The notes below the pieces were generated by a model, which saw only the letters and a program-made list of their open reading frames with translations, ran no database searches and was not told the DNA's origin. From Alphaproteobacteria bacterium (GTDB taxonomy: Bacteria; Pseudomonadota; Alphaproteobacteria; UBA828): a stretch of DNA of 64,000 nt. Positions 56,641 through 64,000 of this stretch are shown one piece after another. The number at the start of each line of letters is the position of its first letter. Positions within the stretch are counted from its first letter, which is position 1. The DNA lies in contig OZ241738.1 of assembly GCA_965200925.1 (NCBI GenBank), forward strand, positions 332,052 through 396,051, given 5' to 3'. Position numbers and translations under genes: made by a program.

Positions 56641-59600
56641 TCAGAAGCGCACCTTGATGGTCACCCCGCCGCCGTAGTCGCGCGCCCCCGTCGCCCAGCG
56701 CGCCGCCCCTTGCAGCGCGTAGCGGCCGCCGTCCCATTCGACCGCGCCGCCGGCCTCGACGAGCACCCGCGTCGCCTCCACCTTCGACGACAGACCCACG
56801 TCCGACACCTTCACCGCAGTCTCCCGCGAGAACGCGCGCTCGACGTCGACCGAGCCGAACAACCGGCTCCCGCCCTCCGACGCTTCCACCCTCACACCCG
56901 CGCGGCCCGTCGCGGCCCGGCCCTTGTCCAGCGACACGCGGGCTTCCACCGCGTCCGTGAAGTCGTCCATCCCCACCCGCGAATACGAGAGCCGCGCCCG
57001 CGGCGTCGCCGTCAGCGCCCCCAGCGGACCCGAACCCAGCGCCACGCGGCGGCCCGCCTCCACGCCAACCGCATGGCCGAAGGCGCCGACGTCCCGCTTC
57101 AGCGACCCGCGCTGCCCGGACTCCAGGGCCACGTCGTACCACGTCGCCGATACCCCGCCGTCCACGTACACGCCGTCGGACAACCGCCACGACACCGACG
57201 CCCCGACGCCGTTCCCCGCAACATCGATCCCGCCGTCGTTCCCCGACACCTCCGCCGAGGCGCGGCGGTGATGCGCCGACAGGCTGGCCACGCCTGCCTC
57301 CAGCGGAAAGTCCACGCCCGTCTCCACCCCGTAGCGGCGCTGCGTCCACGCCAGACGGCCTCCGGACGTCGACGTCGACCGCTCCGTCTCGCGCGAACCG
57401 CCCGACGTCTCGATCCGCGCCCACACCCCGTTCGGCGAGCGCGGCGCCGCCATCCGGTCATGGAACCCCGACGTCCCGTTCAGACCCAGAAGCACCGACG
57501 GCAGCGCCTCGTACACCCGCACGCGGGGCGCGTACTCTCTCACCAACCTCCCGTCGTGGCCGATTCCCACGTCGAAAGGCCCCAACGGCACCGAGCGCGC
57601 CGAACCGGGCGCCCCGAGGTCGTCGATCCTGCGCCCGTCCGCAAAGACGTACCGCACTTCCGGCGGCGCGCCGTCGGCGTCCCGCATCGTGCCTTGAATC
57701 CGGTTGAGGAGCTGCTCCGCCGTCTCCCCCGGGGCTTGCCGGATCGACACCACCAGTTCGCCGCTGGCGCTGCGGATGGCCTCGCCATCGACGCCCGTCA
57801 CGCGGCCGGCCTCGCCGATCGCCACCGTGCCGCCGCGATCCAGCAGCACGCGACCGGCCGTGCCCGCCACCCGCACCGTGCTCTCGGTCGCTACCCGAAC
57901 CGTCCCGGTGACTGCACCACCCGGGGCCACCGACACCGCGTGCTCGCCGCTGCCCAGGGCCAGGATGTCGCCCATGACCACGCCCGCCACCGTCACGGTC
58001 AGGTCCCCGGTCTCGCTGCGGATGCCGACTCCCTCCACGCCCGTCACGCGACCGGAAGCGTCCACCGTCACCGTGCCGCCCCGGTCCAGATGCACCCGGC
58101 CGACGACGCCCGCCACCCGCACCGTGCTCGCCGCCAGACGAACCGTTCCCGTCACGCTGCCGCCGCGCGCCACCGTCACCATGTGATCGCCGTCGCCAAG
58201 GCCCAGGACGTCGCCCGTCACCATGCCGGCCACGGTCACGTCCAGGTCGCCCGCTTCGCTGCGCAACGCTTCGGCCGCGCCTTCGACGCCCGTGAGCCTG
58301 CCGGTCGCGGTCACCGTTACCGTGGCCCCGCCGCTGTAGAGCAGCCGCCCGATGCGGCCCGCCACCGTCAGCGGGCCGATCGGGTCATATGCCGTGCCCG
58401 TGACGACGCCGCCTTCCGGAACCGAAAGCGTCAGCGTGCCGCCGCTCGGTGCGCGCAGGTCGCCCGCCACCCGTCCGGCCACGGTCACGTCCAGATTGCC
58501 CGCTTCGCTGCGCAGCGCCTCGGTCCTGCCGTCGACATCGACGCCGGTGAGCGCGCCCGTCGCGGCCACCGTCACCGTGGCGCCGTCGGTGTAGAGCAGC
58601 CGCCCGATGCTGCCTGCCACCGTCAGCGGCCCGGCGGGGTCGCGGACCGTCCCCGTGACGACGCCGCCTTCCGGAACCGAAAGCGTCAGCGCGCCGCCAT
58701 CGACGCGGACATCGCCCCTGACCGTCCCCGAAACGGTGGCCGTCAGGTCGCCGCCGCCGTCGGCGAGGACGCCCATGCCCGACGTCGCGCCGATCTCGCC
58801 CGTCGCGCCGACGGTGAGCCGCCCGCCGCCGGCCAGATGGACGCCCGCGCCGGTTCCGCCCGTCACCGCACCGTTCACGGTCACGCTCTGGGCGTGGAGG
58901 TTCCCCTCCCCGGCGCCCGCGCCGCGGACGTAGATGCCGTTCGCGCCGCCCGTGACGCGCGCGCCCTCGGCAACCGTCACCGTGATGGCGCCGTTGCCGT
59001 CATGCGGAACGGCGTAGAGCGCCTCCACGCCGTTGCCCTCGGTGGTGATGGCGCCTGCGGTCACGTCCACCTGGATATCGCCGGCGTTGTAGCTCGCCGC
59101 GCGCTGCCGGACCCCGTCCTTCCAGTCGTCCGTGTAGGTGGCGCCGGAAAGGGCGGCCAGCGCCGCCTCCAGTCCGCTGCCCGTCAGGACGGCTTCCAGC
59201 ACCGTGCGCTCGGCCGCCGAGAGCTTCTCCTGCTCCGCCAGCGCCGCCTGCTGCTGCTCCGTTCGAGCCGCCGCGGCGATGGCGAGGATCGCCGGGTCGC
59301 GGTCGCCCTGGCGGATGAAGGTCGCCATCCCGGTGTGGGACTGCACCACGGCGCGGATGCCGGCGCGGGAAAGGCCCAGGATCTCCGAGGCCGCGATCTC
59401 CCCCGCCCGGTTCGCCGTCGCCGCCCTGGCGGCGTCGCCGGGCGACTCGGCGATGCGCTTCCTCTGGAGATTCCGCGCCTCCGCCTTCCAGTCGGCGTCG
59501 TAAGCGGCGGGGAGCGCCGCAAGCGCCGTATCCAGCGCGTCCGAATCCCCCGACGTAATCGCCGAGAGGACGGCCTGCTCCACCGCCGACAGCGTCTCGT

Positions 59601-61413
59601 CGGCGCCCGCGATCCGGCCCCGGATGAAGGCCTCCGTCACCGAGGCGCCGACCGTGACCGTTCCGCTCGAGGCGACGTGGATCATCGGCTCGGCCCGGGC
59701 GGCATCGTCCGCCGTCTGCGCACCGTCGCCGAAGGTGTGGCCGCTCGACCGCTCGGCCCAGGCGAGAACGCCGGCCTCCCGTGCCTCGACCTTGCCCCCG
59801 GGCGTGACCACGATGCGCCCCGCCGCGCTCGCGTCGTTCGTCGCCCGCGCATCCATTCCGATGGCGAACGGCGCCGCGATCGCCGTCCCCGCGCCCGTCG
59901 TTATCCCGACGGAGCCGAGGCCCGCCTGAAGCCCGAGTATCCCCGCCGTGTTCAGCCCCTCCACGGTGATGGCGCGGTCGCCCGCCGCATCGATGGCGAT
60001 CGCCGCCGTACTCGCGGCGTTGCCTATATTGCCGACGACGCCGTAGGTCTCGTCGCCGGCCGTGGAGATGGCGGCGTCGTCCAGATCGACGTCGAGGCTG
60101 CCCGTGCCGGCGTGCCGGGCGTAGATGCCGTAGCTCGCGTAGCCCGTCGTGGTGACGGTGACGCCACCCGCGTAGATCGAGAGCGCCGCCTCGCTGGCGG
60201 CGTTGAGGTCGGCGGCGATGACGCCGTAGGAGTCGTCGCCCGTCGTCACGATGCGGCCGCCCGTCACGTCGATGGCGATCGCCCCCCCGCCGGTACCGGT
60301 ATAGCCGAAGACGCCGTAGGAGCCGTCGCCCGTCGTGGAGATGGCGACGCCTTCCAGGTCGATGTCGGTTCCGCCCGCGCCGCGGTTGTCGGCGAGCACG
60401 GCGTGGGCGGAATCGTTCGCCGTAGTGACCGATCCGCCTCGCAGATCAAAGGCGATTCCGCCCGCGCCTTCTTGCCTGGCATAGACGCCGTTGGCCCGCG
60501 CTGTCGTGGAGATGGTGACGGCCGTCGAGTAGATGGAGAGCGACGCGGTGCTCGCGGAGCCCGCGACATGGCCGAAGATGCCTTGTGCGCCGCGACCCGC
60601 TGTCGAGAGGGAGCCGCGCGTCACCGAGACGGTGAGCGCCTCGCCTACGGCGTTGCTGATCAGGCCGTAGACGCCGTGGGAGTTCGAGCCCTCCGTGGTG
60701 ACGTCGACGTCCGTCACGTCGATGGAGACCGCCCCCCCGCTGTTTCCTATGATGGCGCCGCCGATGCCGAAGGCGCCGTCGCCCACCGTCGATATGGAGC
60801 CGCTTTTCACATCGACGTCGACTCCGGTCCCGCCCGCACCCGTGTGCCGGCCGTAGACGCCATGGCCGCTGCCCTTCGTGGAGACGGCCACGTTCGCCAA
60901 ATCGATGTCGATTCCGCCCGTGCCCTGATGCTGGGCCCAGACGCCTGCGCCCCCCGCGGTCGCGTCCGTCGCGGAGACCGTGCCGGCCGTGACGGAGACG
61001 GTGATCGCTGCCGCGTTCGCGGAGTTCTCGATCAGACCAACAATGCCGTGATTGGCCGACGTGACGTCGACACCCTCTTTCAGAACGATGGATACACCGC
61101 CGGCGCCCCTTTGGTAGGCGAAGACGCCGTAGCCGCCCTGGCCCGTTGCGGAGAGGGCGCCGCCCGCCACTTCGACGTCGATTCCGCCCGTGCCCGTATG
61201 ATGGGCGTAGACTGCGTATTCGTTGGCGACCGCCGTCGCGATGGCCGGGTTCGTGAGGTCGATGTCGATGACGGTCGCATCACCTTGCTGGCAGACGACC
61301 CGGTCGTTCACCCCCGGCGTGTTGCTGCACACGGCGGCGGCCTGCGCCTCCGCCGCGCCGAGCAGGAAGGCCAGCCCGAAGAGAAGCGCGCCAATTCGCG
61401 CCCGGGTGTTCAT
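56641..61413 (-). CDS. Type Va autotransporter with glycine-rich beta-helical passenger (1590 aa), copy B
   Basis: Homologous to 11751..16520, with MNTRARIGALLF at the ATG at 61413. The listed 1702-aa ORF is an N-terminal fusion artefact caused by the different poly-G length. Confidence 0.75.
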   Translation of the reverse strand: MNTRARIGALLFGLAFLLGAAEAQAAAVCSNTPGVNDRVVCQQGDATVIDIDLTNPAIATAVANEYAVYAHHTGTGGIDVEVAGGALSATGQGGYGVFAYQRGAGGVSIVLKEGVDVTSANHGIVGLIENSANAAAITVSVTAGTVSATDATAGGAGVWAQHQGTGGIDIDLANVAVSTKGSGHGVYGRHTGAGGTGVDVDVKSGSISTVGDGAFGIGGAIIGNSGGAVSIDVTDVDVTTEGSNSHGVYGLISNAVGEALTVSVTRGSLSTAGRGAQGIFGHVAGSASTASLSIYSTAVTISTTARANGVYARQEGAGGIAFDLRGGSVTTANDSAHAVLADNRGAGGTDIDLEGVAISTTGDGSYGVFGYTGTGGGAIAIDVTGGRIVTTGDDSYGVIAADLNAASEAALSIYAGGVTVTTTGYASYGIYARHAGTGSLDVDLDDAAISTAGDETYGVVGNIGNAASTAAIAIDAAGDRAITVEGLNTAGILGLQAGLGSVGITTGAGTAIAAPFAIGMDARATNDASAAGRIVVTPGGKVEAREAGVLAWAERSSGHTFGDGAQTADDAARAEPMIHVASSGTVTVGASVTEAFIRGRIAGADETLSAVEQAVLSAITSGDSDALDTALAALPAAYDADWKAEARNLQRKRIAESPGDAARAATANRAGEIAASEILGLSRAGIRAVVQSHTGMATFIRQGDRDPAILAIAAAARTEQQQAALAEQEKLSAAERTVLEAVLTGSGLEAALAALSGATYTDDWKDGVRQRAASYNAGDIQVDVTAGAITTEGNGVEALYAVPHDGNGAITVTVAEGARVTGGANGIYVRGAGAGEGNLHAQSVTVNGAVTGGTGAGVHLAGGGRLTVGATGEIGATSGMGVLADGGGDLTATVSGTVRGDVRVDGGALTLSVPEGGVVTGTVRDPAGPLTVAGSIGRLLYTDGATVTVAATGALTGVDVDGRTEALRSEAGNLDVTVAGRVAGDLRAPSGGTLTLSVPEGGVVTGTAYDPIGPLTVAGRIGRLLYSGGATVTVTATGRLTGVEGAAEALRSEAGDLDVTVAGMVTGDVLGLGDGDHMVTVARGGSVTGTVRLAASTVRVAGVVGRVHLDRGGTVTVDASGRVTGVEGVGIRSETGDLTVTVAGVVMGDILALGSGEHAVSVAPGGAVTGTVRVATESTVRVAGTAGRVLLDRGGTVAIGEAGRVTGVDGEAIRSASGELVVSIRQAPGETAEQLLNRIQGTMRDADGAPPEVRYVFADGRRIDDLGAPGSARSVPLGPFDVGIGHDGRLVREYAPRVRVYEALPSVLLGLNGTSGFHDRMAAPRSPNGVWARIETSGGSRETERSTSTSGGRLAWTQRRYGVETGVDFPLEAGVASLSAHHRRASAEVSGNDGGIDVAGNGVGASVSWRLSDGVYVDGGVSATWYDVALESGQRGSLKRDVGAFGHAVGVEAGRRVALGSGPLGALTATPRARLSYSRVGMDDFTDAVEARVSLDKGRAATGRAGVRVEASEGGSRLFGSVDVERAFSRETAVKVSDVGLSSKVEATRVLVEAGGAVEWDGGRYALQGAARWATGARDYGGGVTIKVRF

Positions 61414-61436
61414 GAGGCGTTCCCTGGCGGCCGTGC

Positions 61437-61461
61437 GGGGGGGGGGGGGGGGGGGGGGGAG
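61437..61461. promoter_or_regulatory. Homopolymeric G tract (~25 G) upstream of autotransporter-2 copy B
   Basis: Seen in the sequence. It is longer than the 22-G tract in copy A. Confidence 0.7.
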
Positions 61462-61748
61462 ATTCAAGTGGGTACAGACCGGACAGACGGATGACAGGTC
61501 ATGGGATTTGGTCGGATGTTTCACGGCCTCTGCTCCCGAATGAAGACGCTCGTCGCGGCAGCGGGCGCTCCCGAATGAGATTACAAGGCACAGTCTACTA
61601 TTCTCGTCCGAAGATAACAGGCCGGCCGCTCGGCAGTCGCATGACACGTAAGTGCGCGCCCCTACCATAAGGGATGCATCGCCCGCCGCCCGTTGCCGGA
61701 GAGCGTCACGGACGCGATTGATATGACTTTGGTCAGGAAACGACATCA

Positions 61749-62315
61749 TCAGTTACCTGCCGCTTTCAGCACCCGGGCCTGAGCCTTGCGGGCTTGCTGC
61801 ACCATGCTGTCCACCTCCGCGTCGCGTCCTTCGCCGATCATTTCATCGCGTTTCAGCGTGGCGAGGAAGTAAGCGTGGAGAAAGGTCCGCTCAATCAAGG
61901 ATGTGAGGCCGGTGGGCATCGTGGGAGCCTGGGCTCCGGATTCGCTCCCGAAGGTCGCGGGCATTCGGTCGCGGATCAATTCGGCAGCACCGGTCCGGTC
62001 GTCGGAACGGCCGTGAATCGGCTTTCCGGTGTGCCCATCGGGCACGACAGCGGAGATGAAGTCGCGGATTTCGGAGACCTCCTGCTCGCGTCCGGACAAG
62101 ATCAGGTCGCGCGCGAGGACCTGCGCGGCGAACAGCGAGGCCCTTGCGACCTGGATCTCTGCCTCGGTGCGAGGCCATTCCCGTCGGTCGAGGGCCTCCA
62201 TGGCGAGCTCGACGACGAGCCGGTTCGCCGAAACGTCCCGCTCCTTTGCTGCGTTTTCGATGCGGTTCCATTGCCCGGGCGTGACCCGGATGTTCTTTTG
62301 CAGCGTCCGTGCCAT
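61749..62315 (-). CDS. Ribbon-helix-helix domain protein, copy B
   Basis: Homologous to 16855..17421 (MARTLQKNIRVTPGQWNRIENAAKERDVSANRLVVELAMEAL). Confidence 0.45.
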   Translation of the reverse strand: MARTLQKNIRVTPGQWNRIENAAKERDVSANRLVVELAMEALDRREWPRTEAEIQVARASLFAAQVLARDLILSGREQEVSEIRDFISAVVPDGHTGKPIHGRSDDRTGAAELIRDRMPATFGSESGAQAPTMPTGLTSLIERTFLHAYFLATLKRDEMIGEGRDAEVDSMVQQARKAQARVLKAAGN

Positions 62316-63048
62316 CGGTTTCGCCAACCTTTTCGTGCGCTTCGGACACAATCCGGTTCGGGAAACGTTGAACATTCCCGGTGCCGCGCCCGTCGGAAGC
62401 CTCGTTTGTGGACCGCAGAGCCCCCAAACGAGGCCTTCGGCCAAGATACCAGATTGGTAGCCGTCGTCAACGAGCGCTTCTCTGCGCACACCCATTCCGG
62501 TAGCTCGGCGTGGAAGCAAGCTTGTTCCAACACCCACCGATACCGTCCCGTGTGACGGGGCAGTGACGCGCAAGAGATTGAAATCATTCCGTGTATGACG
62601 TTCGTCACACGCGGCGTATGCTGAAGGCATACACTTTTCCCGGCAACACCCAGGCGGCATTCGTCGTCGTTTGCGCGGGAAACGGCATGACAAGCGCGCG
62701 CTCGGTTATGAGGGCACCCTAGGTGCGTAGGGTGTGAGGGTGGAACGGCTTCCATGCCGTGAGAGTATCACAGGATGCAGAGAAAGGGGATTGGGGCCCC
62801 GGGTCGGCGAGGGGAGCGGGCCGGTGCGGGCGCGACGGTCGGTCGCGCGGTCGGTGGCGGCGATGCGGGCGGGCGTCGTGCGGCGGGAGAGCCGCTTCCC
62901 GTGAGGGGGACCGGCTCTCTCGGGGCGAACCCCGCAGGGGGAGCCGTTGCCGTGCCGTCTCGGCGGCGGCGCGGCCTCCGATGGCGAGGTGAGGAAGGGA
63001 AGGGCCGATCCCTGTTGCGGGGACCGGCCCAGGAGGTTGGGATGGTGT

Positions 63049-63972
63049 TCAGGCTGCGACGCGGTGGACGGGGATGCCGATCTGTCGCGCCTTGTCGATG
63101 AGGTTCTCGGTGATGCCGGAGCCGGGGAAGGCGACGAGGCCCTTGGGCAGGAGGTTGAGGAGGTCGTCGTTGCGTCGGAAGGGTGCGGCGCGTCCGTGTC
63201 TGTCCCAGTCGGGCTTGCAGACGATCTGGTGGACTTCGTTGCGCTCGGCCCAGGAGGCGGCGATCCTCTCGGCACCGGGTCCGCCGCCGTGGAGGAGGAT
63301 CATGTCGGCGTGCCGGTCCTTGACGCGATCGAGGACGGCCCAGATGGCGTCGGCGTCCTCGGCTTCCTTGCCGCCGGCGACGGCGACGAGGGTTCCGTCG
63401 GGGAGGTGTGCGCGTGTCTCGCGGTCCTTGCGGGCGCGGATGAAGTCGCGTGCGTCGATGGCGGCGGATGTGAGCCTGCCGGTGTGGCTGGTGTGAGAGC
63501 CGTGTCGGGGCCGCCACTGCTTGCCGGTCTCGGCGGTGTAGGCCTCGGCGGCGAAGTCGCGGAGCTTCTCGAAGGCGTCGCGCCGGTCGCCGAGGTTGTG
63601 TGCGCGCTCGGTGAGGCGTTCGAGCTGCCAGGCCTTGACCTCGGTTCCGTCCTGTGCGCGTCCGAGTTCTCGCATCTCGGGAGCGATGCCGTCGATGGCG
63701 CGGTCGAGGCGCTGGACCTGAGCGTGGAAGGTGTTGACGAAGCCCCAGAGGAGGCACTCGCGCTCGTCGGCGAGCTGGTAGCCGTCGGGTGCGATGTCCT
63801 GGGCGAGGACGTGGAAGGCCTGCTGGGTGCCTGCGATGGCCCCGTCCTTGTCCCAGACGGGCCGGTTGTCGGGTTCGTCGGGATCGGGTGTTGCGCCGTA
63901 GAGCCTGGCGGCGTCGCAGGCTGCGGCGGTGGGGGAGGCGGCGTATCCGGTATCGGTGCCGATGGTGTTCAT
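63049..63972 (-). CDS. SLOG-family (DUF2493-like) protein, copy B
   Basis: Homologous to 18027..18950, with the same AGGAGATCGTC-ATG start context. Confidence 0.55.
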   Translation of the reverse strand: MNTIGTDTGYAASPTAAACDAARLYGATPDPDEPDNRPVWDKDGAIAGTQQAFHVLAQDIAPDGYQLADERECLLWGFVNTFHAQVQRLDRAIDGIAPEMRELGRAQDGTEVKAWQLERLTERAHNLGDRRDAFEKLRDFAAEAYTAETGKQWRPRHGSHTSHTGRLTSAAIDARDFIRARKDRETRAHLPDGTLVAVAGGKEAEDADAIWAVLDRVKDRHADMILLHGGGPGAERIAASWAERNEVHQIVCKPDWDRHGRAAPFRRNDDLLNLLPKGLVAFPGSGITENLIDKARQIGIPVHRVAA

Positions 63973-64000
63973 GACGATCTCCTGATGTTGGTGTTGCATC

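Larger units (their letters stand above)
44870..64000. repeat. Copy B of the ~44.9 kb direct repeat unit (truncated by the window end)
   Basis: Same alignment as above. Copy B differs from copy A by repeat-number changes inside the adhesin gene, a 129-nt insertion at 62862-62990, the poly-G length, and scattered substitutions. Confidence 0.9.

Noticed and set aside
56641-61749. A 1702-aa ORF that suggests the second autotransporter starts at 61749.
   Set aside because: It exists only because the ~25-G tract in copy B fuses an upstream non-coding frame. Copy A has a stop before the tract. The signal peptide begins at the internal ATG at 61413.
1-64000. CRISPR arrays.
   Set aside because: All periodic repeats are 345-360-nt coding modules of the adhesin gene. 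No short repeat-spacer architecture is present.

Overview
The window is high-GC (about 68-70%) and almost all real genes lie on the minus strand. Its dominant feature is a ~44.9 kb direct periodicity: positions 1-~18,980 are near-identical to 44,870-64,000, so one complete repeat unit is visible. Each unit carries two very large type Va autotransporter genes and a module of DNA-processing, toxin-antitoxin and integration genes.

- **Autotransporter cargo.** The first gene encodes a ~7,000-aa adhesin. It has a Sec signal peptide, about 50 tandem Calx-beta-like repeats of 115-120 aa, and a C-terminal beta-barrel ending in RW. The second encodes a ~1,590-aa glycine-rich beta-helical autotransporter whose barrel ends in KVRF. 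Its promoter carries a homopolymeric G/C tract that differs in length between the two copies.
- **Backbone module (16.8-28.5 kb).** Genes in order: a ribbon-helix-helix protein, two SLOG-family proteins (one DUF2493-like, one DprA-like), a toprim primase-like protein, an AlkB dioxygenase, SSB, a frameshifted multi-zinc-ribbon protein, an XRE regulator, VapBC, and a P4-type tyrosine integrase. The integrase sits next to a partial tRNA, likely the att core, followed by a terminator.
- **Decayed low-GC cargo islet (28.5-35.5 kb).**
  - A remnant of the SLOG gene.
  - A translationally coupled AAA_21 ABC-ATPase plus small TOPRIM-like protein pair, a candidate AbiL/PARIS-like defence cassette.
  - A C-terminal fragment of an MmeI/PglX-like methyltransferase.
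  - Two integrase fragments.
  - A RelB/RelE pair.
  - An AbiEi/AbiEii pair with frameshifts.

Many long plus-strand ORFs in the six-frame track are antisense artefacts of the repetitive adhesin gene. Several genes show frameshifts, which may be true decay or homopolymer sequencing errors.
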